A stretch of DNA of 64,000 bases, from assembly GCA_963718235.1 (NCBI GenBank), contig CAVQYR010000001.1, positions 1,440,001 through 1,504,000 of the forward strand, in the 5' to 3' direction. Below are positions 54,763 to 64,000 of this stretch, piece after piece. Origin of the DNA: an uncultured Actinomycetota bacterium (lineage in GTDB: Bacteria > Actinomycetota > Actinomycetes > JAHEKZ01). How positions within the stretch are numbered: position 1 is the first letter of the stretch; each line of letters opens with the position of its first letter. Position numbers and translations under genes: made by a program. Under the pieces are notes generated by a model. That model did not search any database and was not told the origin of the DNA. It worked only from the letters and a program-made list of their open reading frames with translations.

Positions 54763-55896
54763 ACGACCACCTCGGAGCGGTCAGTCGAGACGGCCGGGGT
54801 GCGTCGCGGGGGGGCAGACCGGTGCTCGACCTGGGCCCGCACAGGCGCTGGAGCCACCCACGCCGGCAGCAGGGCGACCAGGATGCACAGCGAAGGCCAC
54901 GACCGGCAGTGGTGGCCAGGTGCCGGCCGGGGGAGCAAGCACCGACGCCCCCTGTGCCGCCAACCCGGACACCACGACTGCGGGCAGGAGTCCCGACCCG
55001 GCGGTGACCCACTCCGGCCACGCCCACGGGTCGGGTCGGTAGACGGTGCGCACATGTCGTCGTCCGGCCCGGGCCATGCCCCCGACTGCCGACACCGAGC
55101 CGAACAGCACCAGGCCCAGCCCGACCAGCCCGGGGCGGGAGGCGTCGAGCAGGCCGTAGGTGCCCACGAGCACCCCGATCAGTCCACCGATCACCAGGCC
55201 CCCGGTGACCCAGCGTTCGCGGGGTGGCAGGTGCCTCGATCGGCCGTAGCCTCGGGAGTCGAGCGCCGCGGCCAGCAGCAGGGACCGTTCGAGGGCGGCG
55301 TCGAGCACCGGGCGGGCGGTCGCTGCCCAGGCGCGGACCCCGGTGTCGCTGCGGCCCCGCAGACGCCGGGCGTGACGCACCTGCTGGACGTGGCTGACCG
55401 TCTGCGGAACGACCGTCAGCGCGACGACGAGAGCGACGCCGACCTCGTACAGGGCGCCCGGCACCGACTTGAGCAGTCGGGTGGGCGCCGCGAGGGCGCT
55501 CGCTGCGCCGACGCAGACCAGGATCGTGGCCAGCTGCAGTCCGGCGTACACCGCGCCCACGAGCGCCTCCACGGTGACCGGACCGCCGAGGCGTGCGCCG
55601 GCCATCCAGTCCGGCAGGGTGGCCGAGGGCAGGGTGAAGGCGACCGTGCCGGGGACCTCCGGACCGAACAGGGCCTCGAACACCACGCGCACGACGAGGA
55701 CGAGCCCGCCGATCATCACGAATGCCTTGAACGACGACGCCCACGGTGCGTCGGTGCGTCGAGCAGCGACGACGAACCCGGCCACGACGATCAGGGTCAG
55801 CAGGAGCAGGGGGTTCAGCGTCCGCGTGGCGGTGGCGGCCAGACCGAGCGCCCACAGCCACCAGGCCCCGGCGTGCAGGGTCCGCTGGCGGCTCAC
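54759..55896 (-). CDS. ECF transporter T component (EcfT/CbiQ-like), frameshift near 54890
   Basis: LHAGAWW, ARRLRG, ALERS..LAAALDSRGYG and T.YRPDPW motifs. Confidence 0.88.
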
Positions 55897-56819
55897 GCCC
55901 GGGCCCGTCTGCGTCGGGACACCAGCAGCGCGGCGCCGCCCAGAGCGGAGAGGGCGACCACCGCGACGACGACACCGGTCGGGCTGCCGGCCGTGGGCGC
56001 CGGGGGAGTGGTCACGGTCGCGGCGGCGACCGGCGTGGCTTCTGGACCTGACGGGTCCGGGGGAGAGGACCCGGCAGTGCCGGCCGACCCAGGGTTGGCC
56101 CGGTCCGGCTTCCCGGTTGGGTCGTCGGTGCGACCGGGCGAGGTCTTCGGCTGCGGGTGCGGGTCGTTGGTGCGCTCGCCGCTGCCGGCGGAGCCGCCCT
56201 GGGACGCCCCACCGGTGGCTCCCGGAGAGCCGGTGCCCGAGCCTGACCCCGGGCCGGCGCCCGCACCACCGTCGTCGGTGGGCGGATCGCTGACCGGCTC
56301 GCCACAGCCGCGAGCGGGGTAGCCACCGATACCGCAGACCAGGCCGGACTCGACTCGCAGGCTGGCGTAGTCGTCGAGCACGGCGTAGCCGTTGGCCGAG
56401 GTCGGCACGACGGCGCAGTGGGTGACGACCCCTGCTGGGGGGGTCACTCCTGGTGGCGCGTCGGACGCCGAGCCGTAGTCCACGACGAGCGCGACCCGCT
56501 TGCTCCCCGCGACCGGCGGGGTCGAGCCGCACACTGCCGAGAACCCCTTGGCCGTCCGCGGGGGCGCCGTCGACGTGCTGGCCGCGCTCACCGCGAACCG
56601 CCAGCCCTCGACCGCGCCGTCGGCCGGCACCCGTGACGCCCCCACGGTGGCGAAGGACCAGCCGGAGTCGCCGCCGGTCCAGTAGGTCCAGAAGCGGTAG
56701 CTCGTGGCCTCCGCCTCGCCCGGGCCGGCCACGATGCCGACCAGCGCAGCGGCCATCGCGAGCAGCACGACCACCCCGACCCGGGCCGGCCGGGGCGAGG
56801 CGCTGGCGTCAGTGCGCAT
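55893..56819 (-). CDS. SCO2322-family exported, C-terminally membrane-anchored protein (candidate corrinoid-binding)
   Basis: Signal; YRFWTYW, PADGAVEGWRF, GLVCGIGGYP..GC; Pro/Gly linker; TM followed by RRRR. Confidence 0.8.
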   Translation of the reverse strand: MRTDASASPRPARVGVVVLLAMAAALVGIVAGPGEAEATSYRFWTYWTGGDSGWSFATVGASRVPADGAVEGWRFAVSAASTSTAPPRTAKGFSAVCGSTPPVAGSKRVALVVDYGSASDAPPGVTPPAGVVTHCAVVPTSANGYAVLDDYASLRVESGLVCGIGGYPARGCGEPVSDPPTDDGGAGAGPGSGSGTGSPGATGGASQGGSAGSGERTNDPHPQPKTSPGRTDDPTGKPDRANPGSAGTAGSSPPDPSGPEATPVAAATVTTPPAPTAGSPTGVVVAVVALSALGGAALLVSRRRRARA

Positions 56820-56834
56820 GTCCTGGCCTCGCTG

Positions 56835-57933
56835 TCACGACGTGATCGACCCCTGGATGCGGGACACGAGGTCGACACCGTTGACGTCGCGGGCGTCGCC
56901 TCGGGTCGCCCGTTCGGTCAGGACGAGCAGGGCGGCCGCACCGGGCAGCACGAACCGGTTCTTGTCCAGCACGAAGACGCGGACGTCTCGTTCGAGGACG
57001 GCACTGGCCACCCGGACCTGCCGCGGGGCGGTCTGGGCTGCGACGAGTGACAGCACGGCGTTGGCGGTGCTGCCGTAGTCGACCCCCGGGCCGAACACCG
57101 CCGGGATCGTCCCACCGTTGGCCCGCAGCCGGGACGCCAGGTAGGCGGCCGCGGCCTGCCGGGTCGACCCGCGGGAAGCGCCCTTGGCGCAGTCCAGGGG
57201 GGTCGGGGCGGACCAGCTGCGGGCCGGGCGAACCGGAAGCGAGGCCCGGGCCAGGGCTTGCGTGGCCTGGGCCGTGGCGAAGTCGTTGGGCTGGGGGGTC
57301 GCCTGGAGCTGGTAGTCCAGGGCGCCGCGGCTCTCGACCGGCGCGGAGCAGCGCAGCTGGGCCTGACGCAGGAACCCGAACCCCGTCCCGTTGTTGGTCA
57401 CGCTGGCCGGCCCGACCCCCATCGCGACCAGGGCCTGCAGGGCCAGACCGGTGGAGTTCGTGTCCGCGCCCCATCCGCTGCTGTACTCCCACCCACCGCC
57501 ATCGAGCTGGGTGCGCTCCAGCCAGTCGGAGCCCGCGCGTGGCGGCACCGTCACGGCCGAGCCGGTGCAGGGCGATGACCGCGAGGGCAGTCGCGTTGGA
57601 GTCACCGGCCGCGCAGGGGAGGGTCAGGTCCGGACGAAAGGACGTCCAGCGCCCGTTCGGGCACTGCTGGCGCAGCAACCAGCGGACCGCGGCCGGGTCG
57701 ACCCGGCCGCGCGCGGCATGCAGCGCGATCAGGCTGATGCTCTGCCGGTACACGCCGTCGTAGGTGGGGTCCTGCCGACCGTAGAGGCCGGACCGGCTGG
57801 GGTCTGAGACCGCTCGGGGCGCGGACTGCGGTGCCGTCGCGTCCGCGGGGGTGGCGACGACGAGCAGGGTGGCGACGACGGCGAGCGCCATCGTCGCCAG
57901 GGGGCCGGACAACCGGCCGACGGTGCTGTGCAC
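56835..57933 (-). CDS. Secreted prenyltransferase/squalene-cyclase-repeat (alpha/alpha barrel) protein, frameshift near 57535
   Basis: WLLRQQCPNGRW, DSNATALA, WL..TQLDGGGW and DTNSTGLALQAL QW-like repeats; signal peptide. Confidence 0.8.
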
Positions 57934-58094
57934 GGGCGGGCCTTTCTGGTGAGCGATCCCGGACGAGGGCCCGAGAACGCCGCTCACGAGAACGCCCCTG
58001 CCGCCATGGGCTGGCGACAAGGGGCGCGGACTCGGGCTCGGCAGCCCGGGCTCCGCCCCGTGAACCTCGACGGTGTTGGGGAGCCGCTCGTCGG

Positions 58095-58185
58095 CGCCAG
58101 GTGCTCCGGCTCGCCATGTCGCCTGGGGGCGCACGGCCTACGGTTGCGGGTCAGCGCCGGCTTCTGACCGGCTTCCCCTGGACGT
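58095..58185 (-). promoter_or_regulatory. Cobalamin riboswitch
   Basis: Minus strand CCAGGGGAAGCCGGTCAGAAGCCGGCGCTGACCCGCAACCGT...GAGCCGGAGCACCTGG matches the B12-element core; upstream of ECF/cob genes. Confidence 0.9.
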
Positions 58186-58299
58186 CGACGCAGTGGAGTT
58201 GTGGTCCGCATCCGACCACGCCAGGGTGGGCCGCGTCAAAGGACTCCCCGAGCGCGGCGCGGGCCGCCGGGGCCTCGGACACGGTCGGCGGGAGCTGCG

Positions 58300-58512
58300 A
58301 TGGACTGGCGTTGGAGATTCGAGACCGCGGACGGAGTCGTCGTCGAGCCAGACGTCGTGCTCGCCGAGCCCTGGCCCTCGCAGGCCGACGCCGAGACCTG
58401 GCTCGGGGAGCACTGGCGGGTCCTGCTGGACGCCGGCGTGGACCAGGTCGTGCTGATGGAGCTCGACCGCGAGGTGTACGGCCCGATGACCCTGCACCCC
58501 CCGACGAGCTGA
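58300..58512 (+). CDS. Conserved small actinobacterial hypothetical protein
   Basis: SQADAETWLGE.WR.L...GV..V.L......YGPM.L pattern; GGAG RBS. Confidence 0.75.
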   Translation: MDWRWRFETADGVVVEPDVVLAEPWPSQADAETWLGEHWRVLLDAGVDQVVLMELDREVYGPMTLHPPTS

Positions 58513-58525
58513 CCGTCTGCGGACT

Positions 58526-59248
58526 TCACTGGTCGGACGCCCGGCCGGCGATGTCGGCGAGGACCGCGGCGAGCTCCAGCGGGCGCGACCACATCGGCCA
58601 GTGGCTCGTCGGCAGATCGACGTAGGTGACGTCGGACAGCTCGGCGAGCCCGCCGATCCAGGGGTAGCCCTCCCGGACGGCCGCGCGGACCTGCTCGGAC
58701 GGGAAGCCGGTGCAGATCACCGTGGTCGGCACCGCCCGGCGCGCGTCGTTGACCAGGTCGGCCCTCCCGCGCAGGGCCGCGCCCGGCTGGGGCACCGCCC
58801 GGCTCCGGAACGTCTCTAGCTGCTCCTGCGTGAGCCCGTCGAGGTTCTCCTCCTGGGCGAGCTGCTCCAGCGGGGGAAGCGGGAGCTCGGTGGCGTCGAA
58901 GCCCGGGTCGAGTGCTCCCTTGGCCGGGCCGGAGTCGACGTAGACCATCGCGGCGACCTGCTCGGGGACCCGGTCGGTGGCTGCGTAGCCCGGAGCGCCG
59001 GCCCCGCTGTGCACGGCCAGGACGACGGGGCTCCGCGCCGACGCTGCCGCTGCCGCCACCGCGGCACAGATCGCGTCCACGTGGTCGGTGAAGACGACCG
59101 TGGACCGGTCGGTCTCCAGCGACTCGAGGCCGGGCAGGGTCAGCGCGGTGACGAGGTGCCCGTCGGCGCGCAGCGCGTCGGCGACCTCGTCCCACGCCCA
59201 GGCGCCGAGCCAGAACCCGGGGACGAGGACGACCGGTGCGCGGGTCAT
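58526..59248 (-). CDS. Alpha/beta hydrolase
   Basis: LVPGFWLGAWAW, VHSGAG nucleophile elbow, SHWPMW. Confidence 0.9.
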   Translation of the reverse strand: MTRAPVVLVPGFWLGAWAWDEVADALRADGHLVTALTLPGLESLETDRSTVVFTDHVDAICAAVAAAAASARSPVVLAVHSGAGAPGYAATDRVPEQVAAMVYVDSGPAKGALDPGFDATELPLPPLEQLAQEENLDGLTQEQLETFRSRAVPQPGAALRGRADLVNDARRAVPTTVICTGFPSEQVRAAVREGYPWIGGLAELSDVTYVDLPTSHWPMWSRPLELAAVLADIAGRASDQ

Positions 59249-59286
59249 GGGCCGACCCTAGGGGTGTGGCCCGACACTGGCACCGG

Positions 59287-60285
59287 TCAGGCGCGGGGGT
59301 TGGGCGACTCGGTGAGCGCGGGGTCGCGCTCGGCCACGGGGGCCAGCACCGCGTCGATCTGGGCCAGCACGGACGGGTCGAGGGTGAGGCCGGACGCCTT
59401 GGCGTTCTCCCGGATCTGCTCCGGCCGCGACGCACCGACGATGGCGGCTGCGACGTTGGGGTTCTGCAGCACCCAGGCGACCGCCAGCGTGGCCATCGAG
59501 ACCCCGACCTCGTCGGCGATCGGGCGAAGGCCCTGGACGGCGGTGAGCACCTCGTCGGTGAGGTAGTCGGCGAGGAAGCCCCCGGCCTCGGGGTCTGCAC
59601 CGCGCGACCCTTCGGGCGGTGTCTGCCCCGGGAGGTACTTGCCGGTCAGCACCCCCTGGGCCATCGGTGACCACACGATCTGGGACAGCCCCAGCTCGTC
59701 GCAGGTCGGCACGACCTCGGCCTCGATGACCCTCCAGAGCATCGAGTACTCCGGCTGGCTGGACACGAACCGGTCGCAGCCGAGCGTGTCCTGCAGCTCG
59801 ACGCCGTCCCGGATCTGGCCGGCTCGCCACTCCGACACCCCGACGTACAGCACCTTCCCCTGACGGATGAGGTCGTCGAAGGCCCTGACCACCTCGTCCA
59901 GCGGGGCCTCGTGGTCGAAGCGGTGCGCCTGGTACAGGTCGAGGTAGTCGGTGCCCAGTCGCTTCAGTGAGGCGTGGCAGGACTCCATGATGTGCTTGCG
60001 CGACAGACCGCGGTCGTTCACGCCAGGACCGGTCGGCCAGTACACCTTGCTGAAGATCTCCAGCCCCTCCCGACGCTGCCCTTGCAGCGCGTAGCCGAGC
60101 GCGGTCTCCGCCCTGCCCTGGGAGTAGACGTCGGCCGTGTCGAAGGTGGTGATGCCGACGTCGAGCGCGGCATGGACCACGTCACGTGCTGCGGTGTCGT
60201 CGATCTGGGCGCCGTGGGTGAGCCAGTTTCCGTAGGTGATCTCACTGATCTTCAGGCCGCTGCGGCCGAGGCGTCGGTGCTCCAT
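59287..60285 (-). CDS. Aldo/keto reductase
   Basis: FDTADVY, SLKRLGTDYLDLYQAH and WSPMAQGVLTGKY motifs. Confidence 0.96.
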   Translation of the reverse strand: MEHRRLGRSGLKISEITYGNWLTHGAQIDDTAARDVVHAALDVGITTFDTADVYSQGRAETALGYALQGQRREGLEIFSKVYWPTGPGVNDRGLSRKHIMESCHASLKRLGTDYLDLYQAHRFDHEAPLDEVVRAFDDLIRQGKVLYVGVSEWRAGQIRDGVELQDTLGCDRFVSSQPEYSMLWRVIEAEVVPTCDELGLSQIVWSPMAQGVLTGKYLPGQTPPEGSRGADPEAGGFLADYLTDEVLTAVQGLRPIADEVGVSMATLAVAWVLQNPNVAAAIVGASRPEQIRENAKASGLTLDPSVLAQIDAVLAPVAERDPALTESPNPRA

Positions 60286-60309
60286 GACGCGACCCTAGGG
60301 CGGTGGCTC

Positions 60310-60918
60310 TCACGGCGCGAGCGGGTCGACCTCGCCCTTCAGGGCCTTGCGGCTCCAGCCCACCGCGACCGTGGGCGGGGGCATGCGCCGTTTGCGTGAC
60401 TGGATGGAGCGCTGGAAGGCGTACGGCAGGGTGCCGCGACGGTCGACCTTGTCCGGCACCTCACGCTTCAGCACGCGGCTGAGCCCGGTGAGGGCGATCA
60501 CCGTGTCGACGATGATCAGCAGGTAGTAGCCGAGCAGGAACCACATCGCGAACGCCTTGACCTCCTCGACCGGAAAGACGAGCAGGATCAGGGCGATGAT
60601 CACGGCGGGCCAGAAGAACTCCCCGGCCCCCCGGCGTCCGTCGACGTAGCGACGGGCGATCTTGCGCGACGGACCCTGGTCGCGGGCCGGGAAACGGCGC
60701 TCGTCGCCGGCCTTGATCGCGGCCGTCTGCTCCTCGCGCTCCCGGGTGCGCTCGGCGCGCTCGCGGGCCCGGGCCTCCTTGCGGTCCTTGGGTGGAGCGG
60801 TGCGCTGGCGTCGCGCGGCCTCGGCGTCGCGTCGTTTCGGCGTCGGGTGCCCCTTGCCTTGCGGCTTCTCGAGGCCCTCGACGGCCGGTTCCACGGGGGT
60901 CGTACGGCGTCCGAACAC
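60310..60918 (-). CDS. DUF3043 family protein
   Basis: GKG.PTPKRR.AE, RDQGP and R.RRMPPP motifs; two TM helices. Confidence 0.9.
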   Translation of the reverse strand: MFGRRTTPVEPAVEGLEKPQGKGHPTPKRRDAEAARRQRTAPPKDRKEARARERAERTREREEQTAAIKAGDERRFPARDQGPSRKIARRYVDGRRGAGEFFWPAVIIALILLVFPVEEVKAFAMWFLLGYYLLIIVDTVIALTGLSRVLKREVPDKVDRRGTLPYAFQRSIQSRKRRMPPPTVAVGWSRKALKGEVDPLAP

Positions 60919-61022
60919 CTGCCCAGGCTAGCCCGCCGCACCGCGGGCCCGTACCACCAGCCCGTCCGGGCCGGGCTTAGGCTGAAAACGTCTCGGCGGC
61001 AACGACACTGGAGCGGAGCACG

Positions 61023-62585
61023 ATGCGCGTCACCACGATCGGGCATGCAGGGCTTCACGTGCAGACCACAGCGGGTTCGATCGTGTGCGACCCGTGGTTC
61101 AACCCGGCCTACTTCTGCTCGTGGTACCCGTTCCCAGCCAACGACGGGCTGGACATGGAGGAGCTGGGTCGCTCGGAGTACCTCTACGTGTCACACCTGC
61201 ATCGCGACCACTTCGACCCTGAGTGGCTGGACCGCTGGATGGACAAGGACACCACGGTCCTGCTGCCGGACTACGGCGTCACCGACCTTCGTGACGCGCT
61301 GTCCGACCTCGGGTTCCACCGGTTCCTCCAGACGACCAACGCCGAGCCCTTCGAGCACGAGGGGCTGACCCTGATGATCGTCGCCATGACCGCGCCGAAC
61401 GACGGGCCGCTCGGCGACTCCTGCCTCGCGGTCGACGACGGGACGGCGGCGATCCTCAACCAGAACGACGGCCGGCCCACCGACCTGGAGGCCCTCGTCC
61501 AGTTCGGCGCCTACGACGCGCACTTCCTGCAGTACAGCGGCGCGATCTGGTTCCCGATGGTCTACGACATCCCCGAGCACGTGAAGCAGGGTCTCGGCGA
61601 GCGCAAGCGGCTCAACGGCATGGAGCGCGCCCGGCGGTACGCCGAGGCGGTCGGGGCGCGGTGGATCGTGCCCGACGCCGGTCCCCCCGCGTTCTTGGAC
61701 GACGACCTGTTCGCCATCAACGACTTCGGGCAGAAGGGCAACGTCTTCCCCGACCAGCCGGTCTTCCTGGAGTACGTGCGCTCGATGGGCACCGACAACG
61801 CACTGCTCATGACCACCGGCTCGACGGTCGAGCTGCAGCGTGGGGTCGCTGAGGCCCACGTGACCCACCCTGGCCCTGACTCCGAGGTCATGGTCCCGTT
61901 CCTGGACAAGCGCGAGTACCTCACCGCCTACGCCGCCCGCACGAAGGCCGACCGTGAGGCACGCAAGGCGCTGTGGCCGACGGGCCGCACGCCGCTGCTG
62001 CCGGTCATCAAGGAGTGGTGGGAGCCGCTGATGCAGCTGATGCCCACCCTGTGCGGGCGGCTGGGCGACCGGATCCTGCTCGAGACCGAGCATGAGCAGA
62101 TCGTCGTCGACTTCGTCGACCAGCAGGTCGTGCCGTTCGACGGGCAGGAGTACCGCTACCGCCTGTACGCCAAGGACACCCTGGTCCGCAGCTGCGTCGA
62201 GCAGCGGCTGCCCGACTGGGTCAACGAGCTCTTCTTGTCGTGCCGGTTCGAGGCCAGCCGGAAGGGTCCGTACAACGAGCACGTCTACACCTGGTTCAAG
62301 TCCCTGTCCCCAGAACATGCCCGCTACGTCGAGAACTGGCTCACCAGTGACCGCGAGAGCCAGGAGATGTGGCGGTTCGGTGACCACCTCGTGCAGCGTC
62401 ACTGCCCGCACCTCGGAGCCGACCTGGCGCGGTTCGGTGAGGTCGAGGGGACGACCCTCACCTGCCAGCTGCACGGGTGGCAGTACGACCTCGACACCGG
62501 ACGGTGCCTGACGTCGGACGACGTCGAGCTGCGCACCAAGCGGATCGTCCACCGTGACGCCGAGGACGTCGCAGCCGCGACCTGA
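61023..62585 (+). CDS. MBL-fold + C-terminal Rieske [2Fe-2S] protein
   Basis: GHAG, DPWF, SHLHRDH; C-terminal CPHLG...CQLHGW. Confidence 0.88.
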   Translation: MRVTTIGHAGLHVQTTAGSIVCDPWFNPAYFCSWYPFPANDGLDMEELGRSEYLYVSHLHRDHFDPEWLDRWMDKDTTVLLPDYGVTDLRDALSDLGFHRFLQTTNAEPFEHEGLTLMIVAMTAPNDGPLGDSCLAVDDGTAAILNQNDGRPTDLEALVQFGAYDAHFLQYSGAIWFPMVYDIPEHVKQGLGERKRLNGMERARRYAEAVGARWIVPDAGPPAFLDDDLFAINDFGQKGNVFPDQPVFLEYVRSMGTDNALLMTTGSTVELQRGVAEAHVTHPGPDSEVMVPFLDKREYLTAYAARTKADREARKALWPTGRTPLLPVIKEWWEPLMQLMPTLCGRLGDRILLETEHEQIVVDFVDQQVVPFDGQEYRYRLYAKDTLVRSCVEQRLPDWVNELFLSCRFEASRKGPYNEHVYTWFKSLSPEHARYVENWLTSDRESQEMWRFGDHLVQRHCPHLGADLARFGEVEGTTLTCQLHGWQYDLDTGRCLTSDDVELRTKRIVHRDAEDVAAAT

Positions 62586-62605
62586 CCCACATCGCCACTG
62601 ACACC

Positions 62606-63700
62606 GTGCGCGTCCTCGTCGCCCCCGACAAGTTCGCCGGCACGCTGACCGCGGCGGAGGCCGCTGCGGCGATGGGTCGTGGCTGGCGCGTCACGCGGCC
62701 CGACGACGCCGTCGACCTGGCGCCGATGGCCGATGGCGGGCCCGGGTTCCTCGGGGTCCTGCGGTCGGCGCTGGGCGGCCACGTGCTGCGGGTGGGGTCC
62801 ACCGGCCCGCTGGGGCGACCACTGGTGGCCGACGTCCTGGTGGTCAGCGAGGCGCAGGTGTCCACGGCCTACGTGGAGGCCGCCTCGGTCTGTGGCCTGC
62901 CCGCTGCCACGCAGTCGCGTCGCCCGATGGAGGCCTCGACCGAGGGGCTGGTCGCGGTGCTGCGGGCGGCGGCCGACGCCGTGGGTCGAGCAGGACCGGA
63001 CGTCGAGGTTCGCCGCGTCGTCGTGGGCGTGGGAGGAACCGCCAGCACCGATGGCGGTCGCCCGGTGGTCGAGGCCCTCACCACCGGCTGGCCGACCGGA
63101 GTCGACCTAGTCGCAGCGGTCGACGTCGGGTGTCCGCTGCTCGGACCTTCGGGTGCCGCGCGGACCTTCGGGCCGCAGAAGGGGGCCACACCAGCCGAGG
63201 TCGAGCGGCTCGAGGAGCGCCTGGCCAACTGGGCCGCCACGACCGGCGCCGACCCGTGCGTACCCGGAGTCGGTGCGGGTGGCGGTCTGGGGTTCGGCCT
63301 GGCCCTCCTCGGGGCCCGACTGCAGCGTGGCGCCGCGGTGGTCGCCGCAGCCGTGCACCTGCGCGAGCGGGTGGGGGCCGCCGACCTGGTGCTCACCGGT
63401 GAGGGTCGCCTGGACGAGACCACGTGGGCGGGCAAGGTGGTCGCCGAAGTAGCCAGCACCGCGCGTGACCACCAGACGCCGTGCTGGGCGCTGGTCGGCC
63501 AATGCACGCTCGACGACCTCGACGCGGCCGGGCACGGCCTGTCGAGGGTCTGGTCGCTCAGCGAGCAGGTCGGCCCCGGCCCGGCGACGGCGGAGCCGCT
63601 CGGCTCGCTGTCGACGCTTGCGTCCCGGGCCGGCGCGAGCTGGCTCAACCGGCCGAGCTGGCCGAGCCATGACCCGGACCACCAGGCCCCGCGGGAATGA
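62606..63700 (+). CDS. Glycerate kinase
   Basis: APDKFAGTL, PMADGG.G, GGTASTDGG, FGPQKGA and TGEGRLD motifs. Confidence 0.92.
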   Translation: MRVLVAPDKFAGTLTAAEAAAAMGRGWRVTRPDDAVDLAPMADGGPGFLGVLRSALGGHVLRVGSTGPLGRPLVADVLVVSEAQVSTAYVEAASVCGLPAATQSRRPMEASTEGLVAVLRAAADAVGRAGPDVEVRRVVVGVGGTASTDGGRPVVEALTTGWPTGVDLVAAVDVGCPLLGPSGAARTFGPQKGATPAEVERLEERLANWAATTGADPCVPGVGAGGGLGFGLALLGARLQRGAAVVAAAVHLRERVGAADLVLTGEGRLDETTWAGKVVAEVASTARDHQTPCWALVGQCTLDDLDAAGHGLSRVWSLSEQVGPGPATAEPLGSLSTLASRAGASWLNRPSWPSHDPDHQAPRE

Positions 63701-63765
63701 ATCCACCCCTTTCCTGTGTCACCATGGAGAACCGCACCGAACCGTCTCGATGAGCAGGAGCTGCC

Positions 63766-64000
63766 ATGTCCGTCCAGGACGACACCACGACCGGGGTCAT
63801 CCTCACCGATACCGCCGCCACGAAGGTGAAGGCGCTGCTCGAGAGCGAGGGCCGGACCGACCTCGCACTGAGGGTGGCGGTCCAGCCCGGCGGCTGCTCC
63901 GGCCTTCGCTACCAGCTGTTCTTCGACGACCGGACCCTCGACGGCGACGTCGCCGCGGACTACGAGGGCTTCTCCGTGGTCGTCGACCGGATGAGCGTGC
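63766..64000 (+). CDS. HesB/IscA (ErpA-like) Fe-S assembly protein, 3'-truncated by window edge
   Basis: AGGAG RBS; LRVAVQPGGCSGLRYQL motif. Confidence 0.93.
   Translation, partial: MSVQDDTTTGVILTDTAATKVKALLESEGRTDLALRVAVQPGGCSGLRYQLFFDDRTLDGDVAADYEGFSVVVDRMSV

Noticed and set aside
56835-57933. Terpene cyclase/biosynthetic gene cluster
   Set aside because: Has a signal peptide, no DXDD motif is seen, and it lies in a B12 riboswitch operon
1-64000. tRNA/rRNA genes, transposases, integrases, prophage, programmed frameshifting
   Set aside because: None recognisable; the frameshifts lack a common slippery motif and also hit housekeeping genes

Overview
High-GC actinobacterial (Actinomycetes) chromosomal window with many single-base frameshifts that look like long-read or assembly indels. 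The left 27 kb is accessory, cell-surface-oriented DNA. A membrane GGDEF-EAL gene converges on a tasA-like/sipW/LamG operon, and both carry matching sigma-28 (FliA/WhiG)-type promoters. Two paralogous giant beta-propeller/Ig/PKD secreted proteins flank a 10 kb block (chaperone-like protein, galK, AMIN/GerMN-like, TolB-like, GH26-like, adenylate cyclase-STAND). The right 37 kb is the conserved actinobacterial glnA-RDD-DUF4191-lipA-lipB-TIGR01777-sucB/dlaT-lpdA-pepA-gcvT-cobS-cobT-cobU-DUF3043-iscA neighbourhood. It includes a cobalamin-riboswitch-controlled corrinoid uptake/salvage operon. Best leads: (1) a sigma-28/c-di-GMP-linked TasA/SipW fibre module; (2) a B12 operon with a putative split transcobalamin-like capture pair and a PhnP-like MBL hydrolase fused to CobU (possible cobamide remodelling); (3) a candidate multi-C-loop sRNA beside pepA. 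All family assignments come from motif recognition by eye; no searches were run.
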